A stretch of 62,965 nt of DNA, the filler included. It is 8 parts of 8 records of this genome, joined end to end, with 100 filler letters (N's around TTAATTAATTAA, not from the genome) between each part and the next. Parts side by side here need not be neighbours in the genome. Positions count along the whole stretch, not along the records: positions 34,064 to 46,135 come from SRR7504441_1438; positions 46,236 to 55,065 come from SRR7504441_1440; 6 more parts are not named here. One strand, given 5' to 3'. Shown here piece after piece: positions 36,099 to 49,200 of the stretch (the first letter of the stretch is position 1; every line of letters starts with the position of its first letter). The notes beneath the pieces are model-generated. The model was not told the origin of the DNA, ran no database searches, and saw only the letters and a list, made by a program, of their open reading frames with translations. Both the position numbers and the translations under genes were made by a program.

Positions 36099-39000
36099 TT
36101 ATAGTTCTACTAGTGCCACATCGAGCTTCTTATCACACTCGAATTCGATATCTAGAGTCGACAGCACTTCCTCGTCTTCAGAGGCAAACAAGAGCCTGAA
36201 TGGCGATTCGGCGCTGTTTAGCACCATAGGAATCCGCATGGCGCCTTCCTTCCCGGCAGCAATGTTAGCCACCAGCTCGCCTGATGTGTCTAGAACTGTG
36301 TCTTCCCCCTCGAGACGGAGCATTTTTGCTGTTGACCCTACTATAATCCTCAAATCTGCAGCTATCCCCGTCAGTGCTGAAAGAATCAGTGTGACGGTGC
36401 AGTTCTGTGTTATCCTCAACTCAAGACTCGGCAGATTCGCGAGATGATCGCGAGTGGTGTTTTTCTTGGATGCTCACTACCAACCTGTCCCCAGCTTGTC
36501 AGCTTCCACACACAAAGAAGTGTAACTACCTCTGCCAGTGTGCTTGCCAACCCCTTTGCAAACTCAGCCTCTGCTTGGTTGCCGCGTAAAGGCGCAGCAT
36601 CTGGCTCGACCGGCTGGTGACTTGGATCCAAAGGACCAGTGGCTAATATGTGTGATAATGACAATGCTGGCTCGATCGACCTGCAAGCGCTAGATTAAGA
36701 CACCAAGAGGGCAGCAATGTGGCACCTGCGCAGTATTGGATCGTGCTGGTCCAAACTTGAGCTGAGCTGCTCGAAGTCCTTTGTTGCCGGCAGCTCAAAC
36801 AGGTTGGCAAAGGATCCTTTCAGCTTTGCGAACGCCTTGCAGAGAAGCAGCGGCCAGACTTCAGTCGGATTGCCCATCCTGCCAAACGCGGGTCGCTTGT
36901 TGACACACGGGATGAAGTCATCAATTGTGACTGATACCATCTGGCCATCTCCCCTGCCACTGGGAATGCTGAGCTTATAGCTGCCAGTGAGTGCCAACTC
37001 TGTGGTATTGAAGAATGAGCGGATGGTTTCATCAGACAATGAGCACACTCCGCACCAGAACCACGGCGAGGACATGGCTCCGGGCTCAATGGTATTTTTG
37101 TCGAGCGGTCCATTGAGCATCAGGACCGGTGGTTGGCTGCAGATCTCAGGCGCACGATACCATTGTACATTGCTCCTATCTGCACGCAATGGCTTGCCAA
37201 GGCCCACCAGTGAGACGCCGTTAGGTGGGAACTCAGGATCCACCATCATTGCACTATTATCAAACGCCTCCTTGGTACTAGTTGGCCGCATGCGCATCCA
37301 TCTCGTTGCATCTGGTTGACCCCTTGCCCCGACTGGATCCGAAAACATCGCTCCCAATTCAGCATGCCCGACCTCCTTTGCGAGTGCAACCAAGTCGTGC
37401 GCTTCTGCATCTCCCTCGCCGGCCATCGCGACAAGCAAAGCATGCGCCACAGCGATGGCTCCACATCTTACAGCAAGCTTCAAAGGCGAGTCCCCAGAAG
37501 AATCTACTCCATGCAGTAGTGAAGCGCGTTCCTCGTCACTGTTGCAGGCAGCAAGTATGATCTTCACGCATTCTGCACGCCATGACGAATCGCTATCCTT
37601 CTTGTTTGTCCAGCATCCGAGCCAGTGCAGCAGCGAGCGCTGCTTCAAGTCGACAAACTTGGCTGCCTCGTTGGATGCTGTTAATCTCATCCGTTTCTCT
37701 CTGCCAAAGTATGCCGCCCACCACATGACAGGCCAATTCTGGCAGAGTTTCAGCTTGCTTCCAATCCCGTCGGAAGGCGCGTAGCAGCGTCCAAACAGAA
37801 CATCTGATCCGATCTCAAGAGCTGTAACTATGAGCATGTCATCGTCAGTGAGCCGTTTGGGGTCAACTGCGTCGGCCAGCCGAGCCACCACATCATCAGA
37901 GGCCCCATTTCGCACCGCCCAAGCAATCGGAGGCACTCCGTGGCAGTCCTTGAGCAAAGGATCTGCCCCACAGCTGAGCAGAAGGTCCGTGAGTTCCCAC
38001 TTCTGTGCGCACAGCGCCGCCGTCAGAGGTGTAGAACCATCAACATCCACAGCATTGACATTTGCTGCGGGTCTGGTCCCCAGTAGAAGTGTTGCCATTT
38101 GCACACCCACTTCGTCATTTGCCACTTGAGAACAGCAATGAAGCGGCCGCCATCCAAAAACCCCTTCTGCATCAGGGTTGCATCCAGCCTCGAGCAATAC
38201 CCTCAGCATCAACAGAGACCCAGACAGGGTAGCCGCGATGGCCAGCTCGTCCTCTATCTGTGAACCAAGCTTTGCCAGAGTCGAAACCATTTCTGAATCG
38301 TCGTTGTCGATGGCAACTCTCAGTGCTGTGCGGCCTAGTGCATCAACAGCCTCTAAATCGAACCCTACTGTCACCGCACCCTCACTCTGAGCGAGCCTTG
38401 CAAGTGTCTGAACCAGATTAATCTTTCCATGCTGCGCTGCCATGTGCAGGAATGTATTCCTCTGCGGGCCGTGAATGAGAGACACGTCCAGTGAGAAGGC
38501 AGAGTCTGGTAGGTTGGAGAGCAGCTGATTGAGCACCTGCTCTGGATCTTTACCGTTTTCCTGTGCATGCTCGAATAGCAAGTGTAGCACTGGCTCTCCT
38601 TGTCTGGTGAGCACATCGCCCAAAGCCAAAGCAAACTCAGATTGTGTTGCGACGTTGTCCTGATCGAGATCGACTGCGAACGCATCCATCTCTTCCAGAG
38701 ATAGGCCCAGGAAGAGCTTTATGAAAGGCTCGATGAGGACAGCGCGCTCTACCTCACTTGTAGCTGCCTCAAAGCGGCTCTGTTCCCTCTGGAATACCGC
38801 GTGTACAATTGGGAGTGAACCTTTCTGGATGGCCACTTCCATCAATCCCTTTCCACGGCTCTTCGCGAGAGTGTAATCAACACCCTGCTCAATCATTTTT
38901 GTAAGCACATTCTGAAGCTCAGTGCTGGCAGGTGAGTCAAGTGATGCCTTGTCATACTGTCCTAGAATCTCAGCAAACATCGAGGGTTCAAATGAAGCAC

Positions 39001-42000
39001 CATTGCCAATCAGCGCAGCCATGGCCCTCAACTTGTGGTTGTCATCATCCATCTCGAGTACAACCGACAGTGGAGTTTTCCCATTGTACTTTGCATTTGC
39101 ATCCTCCTTATGCTTGAGCAGCTCTTCTGCTATCGCAAGGTACTGGTCTGCCCAGTAGGATGACTGAAAGACACTGGTGCTTGTCCTGCTCAGCTGTGCA
39201 GGAACATTATTGGTAGCCATGAGCGGCCCGTAATCCTGAGCCTGGACTAAACCAGGAAGCGCTACATGCAGTCCCTTGCTGCTGCTTGGTCGAACGCCGG
39301 TTGGCAGCAAAGCAGAGACCACTCTTGATGTGCCTATTTTGATTGCCTTGTCCATGATCGTTGTGTATTCCTTGTTTGTCATGTTGCTGTCCTTTACGAT
39401 GTTTGCAACAAGCTGATCAACAACCTGAGCATTTGCAATCAAATCTTGAATGTGATCTGTATCAGCAGAGGTAATCTGACTGAGAGTCGGAGCCTCTGCG
39501 AGGGACATCAGTGCTAGCGTATCCTCTGCATTCATCTTTTGTCCAGCCATGTCGACAACCTTCTGCGCGATGTCTGCCAGCCCTGCCATGATGGCCAGAA
39601 CCAATACAGTGTGATCAGCATCTGGTGGAGTGTCAGGTCCTGCACCTTCGTTTATGAGCTGCAGCGCCATTGACTCCAGGTAGCGCCTGCGCTGCTTTCT
39701 GAGGAGCCTTGCAGCAGCCTCGGCGCCATGCTGAGTTGTGACCTGGCCCTGGTAATGCACGACAGTACCAGCCTCGTGAATGATTTCAATGGCCCGCATC
39801 TCAAAAGGATCGGCCTTATCTTCCTTCTTGACATACCTTTCAGAGAATGGGTAGTGTTGCTGATGTGTCTTAGGCTCAATCTTAAATTCAACTGTGATGA
39901 GACCTTCCTCCTCAACAGCCTGCGTCAACACAGTCTTTAGCTGGGCATGCCAATCAGCAAGAGAAATTGCTCCAATTGGGACTGACGGCCTCTGTCCAAC
40001 AGCGAATTTGCCCATCTTGATACAAAGGATGGTCATACGAGAGGCATCAACGTCGAGATTTAATGCTGTTGGTCGCTCTCTGACTGACCTCTTGCGTGGA
40101 GGGCTCACCATTCGTGGAGCAAGCGAGCTGAATCCCCTAACATCCTGTATCTTCTTCCATGATCCTGCCTTTGGACCTTTGGCCTCCTTGTGTTTTAGGC
40201 CTTTGATCACCTTACTCTGTGCAGAGTCTTCCCTTTCCAAGGTCTCGGCCTTTCCTTTGATTTGCTTGGCTACATTTTTTGCATGCGTCATCTGGATTGC
40301 CGGATTGATATGCACAGAGTCCCTGTCAGCCGAGGCAACGTAAAGCTCTGAGAGAACTGCATGCAGAGGGAATCCCTTGTTGTCTCGGGGGGAGGCACCA
40401 CCAAGCTTGAGCAACCAGACCACATCATCGTCCCCAAGCACACAGGCCAGGTCAAGTGGAAGGTAATGCCGCACCCCACACTGTTCCACGTTGCCTTGCT
40501 CGACCACATTTGCGCCAGCCTTGAGCAGTGTGTCGAGTGCATCCTGAAGGAACTCCCACTGCATGAATCCACGAGGCGTGCCGAGCATCCGCACCAGCAC
40601 GAGCTGAAGCAGGCTCACGTTGTTCACACGGGCGCCTGCAGTCAGGAGTACATTCAACAGCTCGTAGTTGTTGCTCTGAATTGCAGAGTGGATTGAAAGC
40701 ATCTCTTGGCCATCATTAGGATCCGAAATATTTACATTTGCGCCTGATCCGATTAGCCGGTTCACAACGTTCACTTGTTCCTCTGCAATTTGTGCCGCTA
40801 TCAATGGAGTGCTTGCTAGGTTCTTCCTCTCATTTGTGGTCGTGATGAATGCTGGCAATAGCCCGACTGTTGACGAGGCACTGACACCTCGGTCCAGCAA
40901 CGAAAGGATCAATTCCACCTCTCCCTCAAAGCATGCCCTGCGCAGCAGTGACTGCCCTTGCAAGCCGTCTGCTGCGCCTGGCTGGCCAAGCTCGGCTAGA
41001 TCTTTTGACATGTCTTTGAATACAGTCAGAGCGAATTCGCCGAGCCCTCGAGCACGCATGGCCTCAGCAGCGCCTGAGAGAGCAGTGTGCTGCCTCCTAG
41101 CTGCACTTGGTCTGGTAGCTGGGTCCACCTGCATCTTTGCTCGCTGGATCACATGCACAAGGACGGTCTCCAGTAAATGAGCTGAGCCCTGCTTCAAATC
41201 TACGACACTCTGAGCCTCAATCAGTTCGGCATCAATCCTCAAGGCTTTGACCTTGGCAGCATCGTATGCTTCTGTGGCCTGACGTAGCGCCTCCTGTACT
41301 GCCACTACGCGGATCTGTGAAGGCTTCCATGACTTGCTCAAATCTTTGGCCCGGAAGTCGGCTCGCTTCAGAGCACGCTCTGCTGTATCCTTTGCAGCAT
41401 GTGCTTCGGGCTGCTCCTCTTTCAGTCTCTCAAGTCGGGCGAGCGCGTCCGCCTCGCCTCCCGAGTGAGCCTGGACCAGCTTTGTGACAAGCACATCGAC
41501 AGCTCGCTGCTGACAGCCCAGCCGCACCAAAGGGGATGAACCCAGAGTCAATTCAAGGAGAAGCTGCTCGTCTTGAGCCTTCAGGGCAAGCTCAAGAGCC
41601 ATTGGCGGCAGTCCATCAATCACAGAGGTGGGGTCGGCCCCTTCGGTGAGCAGAGCTGTCATGGCTGCCCGGCAGAACGCAATTTCGGCCGGATCGCTGC
41701 CTGCAATCAGCCTTTTGACAGTCTCGAGCAGGCAATTGTCCAAGTCGGCAGTCTCACAGCCTTTGGCAACCCAGCGGAGTAGCTCTGTTGCCGAGGCTGC
41801 AGCAATAGTGACAGCGGTCTCGTTCTCTGGGTCCACCAGCCGAGTGCTTGCCTGCTCTGGAGCATACACATTGATTGCGTAGTGATACACCAGGCGAGAG
41901 TAGCGCAAGGCCAGGTCTAGAATGTCAACCTTAAGTGTTTCGACTACTGCTCCTCTCCTCAGCCTGGCTGTAGCCAAATAACGGGCTGCCATGTCGACCT

Positions 42001-45000
42001 CACTTGGGTTCTCTGGATAGCTGCCAAGATCAGCGGCTTTCATTAGCCACTCCTTGTCTGGCTGAAAGTAGCCCGCTCGCAATTCTGTGGAGCTGCCACC
42101 TGGTCTGTGTACTTCAGTCTTTCTTCCCTCGGACTCGGCCTGCTCGTACATGAAGCGATCCAGCCGCTCTTCTGCATCTGCTAGCCGAAGTGAAGGCAGC
42201 CTCGGCTCGGTTGCGCCTTGAAACGCCACCTCTGCTAGTTTGCCAAGTATCTCGAGGTCTTCAAAGGTGGGTACTGACGATACATCCTTGGCCAGCTGTT
42301 CTCGCCTGTCTCGGAGCATTTCGAAGGCTAGCTGCTGCCGTGTGCCTGAAAGAGTTTCTTCAGCTCGCTGTAGTTCGCCAGCAAGCTCTGCTCGGAGCAT
42401 CTCGAGCCTTGTACGGGAATCATGAGACGCTTCAACAGCTGAAACAAGATTGATGAGCGCCTCAATTGCAACTCGCCACACATCAGCTGCATCTGCACGC
42501 CGCGCAAGGGCTGCAGTTAGCGCCACCGCCCTGCATGCCACAGCCCGTTCAAGGATAGGTATTGAGACAGCTGAACCAGACACCACCAGCGCTTCGCCAA
42601 CCTGAGAACACCAGACGGCTCAGAAACAGAAAAGTCATGTGATTAGCTACTATCGACAGCTGTCGACACTGTACGACCCTCGTCGACACTCTAATACGAC
42701 AGTTAGTCGACACTGCGACAGTTGGTCGATATTACGACACTCGTCGACACACAGGGACACACGAGGCGACTGATTGCAAAGCAAAATCAAACGCGAGCTG
42801 TGCAACACCCCACACACGGTGACTGGGGTTCTTATGGCACATCCCTCTAACCCTGTGCACTTGAGGAGCACCTTCTCTAGACGCATGCGAGCCTCATGAG
42901 TTGGACCGTCTGAAAGCACCATGACCACCTCAGCAACTACCTCTGACAGCTCAACCATTGCTACCTCCAGCCTAAGGTTTGACTTGGGCTGCGGATGCTC
43001 AGGCATCTGGCGCCACACCATGTTGGCACTCACATCGAACGCTGGGTCCTCCACGGCCTGCTTGATCAGCCGCTCTGCAACCAGCGTGGTACTGGCAGCA
43101 CCCAGATCTGGGTGGAAGGCTACCAGCCGCACACTGGCAACTGTGATATGAGCTCCACAGTCCAACAGCATTGCTATTGCATCATGCGATGCACTATCTG
43201 CAGCAAGCATCAATGGGGTCCTTCCTGCATCGTCCAGCGCCTCCATGCTTACACCAACAAAAGCGCCAGACTCGGCTGAATGTGGCCTTCCTAGCTCAAC
43301 GATCTTTTGGATCAAACTGGGGAAGTTATGCCGTGCTGCCAGATGTAGAAGCGTGCCTCGTTCACCGCGAGCCTCGCGCAGGCCTAGATTTATCATGCGG
43401 TGCCTGGCAGCCATTGCTTCGAGCACAGCAATGCACGAGCCTTCAGGAGTGCTCCCATGCTCAAGCAACATGTGCAGCACAGCAACCCCAGCCTGGAGGA
43501 AGAGCTCAGCAATCGCCACAGCGAAGTCGAGCTGCGCTGTGCTTGAGTCCTGGCTGAAGTCTGCTGCAAATGGGGAAGCCTCACCATCAAGCAGCGAGAG
43601 AAACAGAGTCACAAACGGCTCAAAGACCTCGGCATGCTCGCCAGCTTTGCCAAATGCGTTGACTGTCGACTTCTCAGCCTCATAAGCTGCCTTGATGATT
43701 GGCAGTGAATGCAGCTGCAGCGCCCAGTCTAGCAGGGACAGGCCTTGGACCTGCACAAGAGCAACCTTAAAGCCGAATCTAGCATGTGAGCACACCTTGA
43801 GCCTGAAGTCGACCCCTCGCAGCACCATGCTAGCAAGGGTGTCCTCCAGGGCCCGATGTCGCACTGGGTCGGAGTCACCAACAGCAATAAACTCTTCTAG
43901 AGTCTTGGATAGATCAGCAGATGAGAAGTTTGCACCAGACTTAACGAGAGACGCTGCTTCTGCTGGCAGGGCAAGCAGCCGGCCCATTTGTTGGGCATCA
44001 GCCTGCTCTGCGAGCGCAAGCTCGAGAGGTTTTGTGCCGGCAAGCGGAGCATTGGGGTCAGCGCCGGCATCAAGCAAGGCTTGAGAGATTAGCTTGCGTT
44101 CTTTGTTAGGGCACTGAGATATCTGTGCCAGGGCTGTATGGAGCAAGCTTCCCTCAGCACGAGCTCCCATGCTCAGTAGCTTCTGCACAACTGGGAGGCT
44201 GCCAGCGACAATGGCACACTCGATCATCTTGGTGAGCACATCATCAGACAGCGCGTCTTGATCAGAAGAGTTTAGATCCGACAGTCCAGAGAGCACAACT
44301 GCTTCAGCGAGGCTGTCGTCCATTACTGATCTGGTCGGGTCTGCCCAGAAATCGAGCAGGTTGACCACATTTAACAGATCATTCGGGCAAAGATAATGGA
44401 CTACATCGAGTGTTGGCTTGATTCCAGATGCTGCAATCAGTGTCGGTGTCGACTGCTCACTGAACTCAGCAGGTTCAGAGGCGATCTCAGGCTGCATCAC
44501 AGGGGCCTTCATTTGGCAGAGCATCTTGGTGAGATCATCCAGGTACGAGATCCGCGGCCCGACCAGCTGGCAGATAGTTGCGGCTGGCAGCACATGGCAT
44601 GTAATTCTACCAGCACGCAGTTTTGAGTCCTTCCGCCGGGCCATCTCGGCCAGCCTGCATTTGAGTTTATGCAGCTCACCCTTACCTGCCAAGTGGTCCA
44701 CTCCTTGCACCGATAGCTCAACAACCACTCCGTCGTCCTCTGGTGAGATCCCAGCATTGGGGTCAAATATTTTGGCGATCCGGCCTTCAGAGGAGAATCC
44801 AGCACCTCGCCACACCAGCTCAGCTGTCGCATTCCGGTCTAGATGCTCAAGCATGCACTCGAGCACAGCATCGCCATGCCGCTGCTTGATAGTCCCCAGA
44901 AAGTCTAGCCAGCTCGACAAGCACACAGTACCGTCGTGCCCAGGCACCAGACCCGCAAGCAGCCCCTCCCGATCACCACCATGCACCCCGACTAGATCTT

Positions 45001-46135
45001 CCTTGTACACAGCATCGATTGCTGCCACTGCAAACTTCTTGAAGAAGCCTCGCGCATTGTCATCCTGCGCGCTGGACAGCCCACGCGTTGCGGCAGGCCT
45101 CCCTGCTTGACTCGACGGCGCAGACTTGCCCCAGGCCCTTGCATTCCTGTTCAGCTGCCAGAGGAACAGATTGGTAGGCTTGTCCCCAAATTGTTCCTTG
45201 AGCGATGCCACAAATGCGATCCAGTCGCTTGCCAATACGCGGTCGTTGCTGTCAGATCGCAGAGCATCAAAGAACTGTGGGGCTGACCCTGGGCTGCCGA
45301 GCTGCGTGGCACCCAGCGCGGTGAGGATCCCATCGGGGTCCCCTCCAAACACAGCCATCAGCTCACTCTTGGACAGCGTGGTCTCGCCCTCGACTAGCAG
45401 CTCAAACAAGGCCTGAGCAGTCCGACGCTGCTGCTCAGAGAGCAGAGCTGAGGCACGTGAAGCCGTCCGCCGTGCTGTGAGTGCCCTCGAGTTGCGCACC
45501 AGGTGCCGGAGGAACACGCTGAGCACCTTCTCACCTCGGCTGACCTTGATCGCCACCACAAACTTGTTCCATTGGGCAGGGCTCACCACGCCGTCCTGCT
45601 CGTCGAGCTTGCTGAACAGACCGGAGGCATCACCGCCATGCAGCGCCACCATCGCATGCTTGTCAACCCTCCGCTTGTGGTCTGGGTCCATCACAGCGTA
45701 CAGCCCCTCCGCCGCCTGCTGCTCAGCAGAGGTGAGTTGGTTGGAGAAGCTGAGTTGCGACAGCGGCTCCTTCACTCTCCCAACTGTCACCAGGTGCGCT
45801 GGTAGTTCCAAAGCCACAGACACGTCGCGAGCCACGGTCGACGCAAACTGCTGTCGGGCCAGCGAGCCAGGGTGGCCCATGTCCACCGAAGGGTCCAGTA
45901 CCAGCATCACAGGAGAAGCGGCTCGCCATCCCTCGCTTGGCGCCACCTGATCGCTGCCTGCTGACGCAGACTGCCTGTAAAGCTCAGCTGCGACTGCGTG
46001 CACCGGCCGGCCAGCGTCCAGCTGGGCCCCGGCCAGCTTGAGCAGCCACACAATGTCGCTGTCGCCCAGCGCTAGCGCCAGATCCAGAGGCAGGTATCCG
46101 TCAGGTCCCGGTGTGTTGACATCCGCACCGGCCTC
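36099..46135 (-). CDS. Giant (>3200 aa) ankyrin-repeat / EF-hand-like / coiled-coil protein with a degenerate calpain protease domain; 5' truncated; 3' end uncertain (36416 or 36099)
   Basis: ORFs 42650-46051 and 36695-42586 join in frame via intron 42602-42817; many ankyrin motifs (GRTPLMLA, GWRPLH, GSTPL); calpain DPEFPP...VQWYR...VTIDDFIPC...EVWPLLLCKAFAKLKGS. Confidence 0.85.
42651..42780. repeat. Intronic low-complexity array of (GT)CGACA(C) motifs
   Basis: About ten CGAC cores, e.g. TGTCGACACT, CGTCGACACT, AGTCGACACT, CGTCGACACA, inside a 216-nt intron. Confidence 0.75.
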
Positions 46136-46235
46136 NNNNNNNNNNNNNNNNNNNNNNNNNNNNNNNNNNNNNNNNNNNNTTAATTAATTAANNNNNNNNN
46201 NNNNNNNNNNNNNNNNNNNNNNNNNNNNNNNNNNN
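46136..46235. other. Artificial contig linker
   Basis: N-TTAATTAATTAA-N. Confidence 0.98.
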
Positions 46236-46252
46236 TAACGGAAGCTTCACCC

Positions 46253-49200
46253 ATGGTGAGCTTCTTCTCTACAGCCTGGAGCCAAGGGGGGCAGGTGGAA
46301 CTGGGCAGTGAAGCCCCACCCGATCCGGGGCAGCCATGCTCTCCCTGTGCGTGGGAGGCCCAGCGGAGCGCGGTCCGGGCGGCGCTGGAAGAGGTCGAGG
46401 TGGGGGTTCGGATCCTGAACGGGGAGCCGGAGCTGCGCGTGAACGAGCAGGGCAAGTCGCTGCTCTGGTCCTTCTCCCAGTTCGCCGACCGATTCCCAAT
46501 GGACTGGTGATCGCGCGCAGTGCTGCCGGCTCAGGGTGGGGCCAGGTACGTGGTGTCGGCCAAGTGGTGGGAGACATGGAAGGAGCACGTCGCCTACGAG
46601 CAGGCCCCCCCTCCCCCCGAGCTGCTGTGGGATTTATCGGCTTTGGGGATCAGATGGAACAGCACCCAACTGATCTGCCCCCGGCTCCGGGGCCGGTGGA
46701 CAATGCCGGCCTGGTGGTGGCGGCTGCTGGAGAGGAGGAGGTGCGGCCCAGCACCGGAGGGGCAAGCCGGGGCAGGCCGCGGATAAGGAGCTGCGCAAGG
46801 GGCTGATGAAGGGCGTGGACTATGTTGTGCTTCCGGACACCGTTTGGGACCTGCTCTTCGACTGGTAGCCCCCCTCAGTCTGCACCGCGAACCCTACCTG
46901 CCCATGAAAAAGCCCGTGCCTCCGGCAATGAGCTGTCTGCAGGTATGGCGGCGGACCAGCGCTGTCTCGGCGGGTGCTGCAGACACCGATGTTGCGCAAG
47001 CCGCACGTGCGCTGCCTGTGGGTTGCGGCTAGTTGACTGGGTTGCAGCTGGATTTGTATCCGCTCAGCGTGGAAGTCATAAACAAGTCCAGCCAGTCGGT
47101 CTCCGTCTCAGGTCAGTCATCTTACCTAATCCAGCCTGATTACGGAAACCGGCTCCTCGTGCGCGGCTAAGATGCGGCTCGCAGGTGGCTTGCAGAGCAC
47201 GACTCGTCGGCGTGATTTCTTTCCGATGAACACGGCTTACGAGGTGAGAGTTCGAGCCTGGCTCGTGCTGATCCGTGCGGCTCGACAGGTCAAAATGGAG
47301 ATCGGGCAGATGTTTGGTGTCCCGGGGCAGAACTGTGAGCTCGCCTGGTCGCATCTGGTCCGTGAGCAGGACGTGCGTGAGGCCGCTGCAGCCGTTGAGG
47401 CAGCCAAGACCGAGCTGGCCGCCACAGACCCTCCAGAGTCGGAGGCAGAGGACAAGCTGAAGCAAGCCGAGCAGCAGCTGGCCGAGCTGGAGGAGGTGAT
47501 TGCCGAATGCACCACTGCAATGTGCTGATGACCTGTGTGGCCTCAGGCACTAGCCAAGCCCAAGTCCGAGCGCTGGCTGCCTGATGAAAGTACTATTCCA
47601 TCCGACCGAAAGGCGCCAACCATCAGCCAGATTGGCATCTGTTCAGGCGACAGACTCAGCATCACGTCACTGGCGACCCACAGTATCGGGTCACATCCAC
47701 ACTCTGGGCACGTGGGCACTTGGACACCATTCGTATACAAGCCTCCCCCTCGCTATGTGGAGGGTCAAGTGCCGACAGTGGGTGTGACCGGGCTAAAGAA
47801 TCTGGGCAACACCTGCTTCATGAACTCCGCCCTCCAGTGTGTGGTGCACTTGCCACCGCTGCGCGATTTCTTTGTTTATGAAAAGCACCTAGGAGCGTAC
47901 AAATCTCGCTCTGATGCGCTGCCGAGGGCTCAAATGGCCAAGCCGTTTGGTGAACTAGTCCAGGATGTCTGGTCGGGGCACTACAGCTCATTTTCTCCGG
48001 ACCAGTTCAAGCGTCAGTTGGAGCTATATGCACCTGTATTTGCCGGCTATTCGCAGCATGATTCGCAGGAGTTTCTCCAGCGGACACTCGAAGCTCTGCA
48101 CGCAGACCTAAACCAGCCCGCCGCGACTGACCTGCAACCGTCAGCGCCCACTGAGGGTCCCGACGGCGAGAGGGTGGCTGCGGCCTGGGATGACTGGCGT
48201 AAGCAGAACCAGTCAGTGGTGAGTGCGCTATTTGGCGGTTTTCTGCAGTCAAGCTTGCGGTGTGGAAACTGCGGCCAGCATACTGTCGGGTGCGAGCCAT
48301 CCAAGATGCTCCAGGTTCCAATACCCTGTGAGCCCAACCGTTCTATCTCGGTGGTGCTCTGTGGCCAAGCTCTACAAGGCCACACTGTCACTGGCACTGA
48401 GAGACTCTCTGTGCCCAAAATGGGCACTGTTGAAAATCTACGGAGTGCGCTACTCGAGCTTGCCCCACTTGACCCTGCGGAGGCTTGCTATGTTTTTGTG
48501 GAGCACTCCTCATGCCAAGGCGATAAGATCTGCCCGATGCCACTTACGAAGGGCTTGTTGCTAATTGAGGCTGAGTCAAGCATACGAGTGCTCACTGTCA
48601 AGGCCCCATACCAGCAGCTGCTCACCCTTTGCTTTGCTGAAGACTCAAGCGCAGCTGCTGAAGATCCATCGACAAGCACTGAAAGTGTGGTGCGCCCGGC
48701 GATTCGATCCCCGCGGCTGCCAGCCCTGCTGATCGGTACCTGTGCTAACCCCACCCGGGAGGACCTAGCAACTGCAGCCAAAGCGGCCTTGGCTCAGCTA
48801 GACGACAAAGAGTGGACTCTGGAGCTGCATGTAGAGCAACCTAGGACCGCGGAGCGCCAGGGTTGGGCTCAGCCTGCAGTGGTTGCTGGGGAGCTACTAG
48901 CTGAGGCCTCAGAGCAGGCTGTAGCACAGCTGCTGGCAGGTGAACTCCGGCTGGTGGCTGTAGTGCCTGCGCAGGGCGGCTCGCACGTACTTGAGCTCTA
49001 TGATAATCATCCAACTCATCACAGGCCACGAGCGCAGCCCCTCGAGCCTCAAGCAATCGCCAGCAATGTCACTCATCAGAACGAGGACTATGATGATCTG
49101 CCAGCAGCTGGGCCGACATCCAGCAACTCGCCACGCTCATCTGGCCAAGCGGCCACGCCGTTACAAGATTGCATTTCCAGCTTTTTCAGCGCTGAAAGCA

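Noticed and set aside
42651-42780. CRISPR-like array
   Set aside because: Repeats are only ~7 nt with irregular short spacers, inside a eukaryotic intron, and there are no cas genes.
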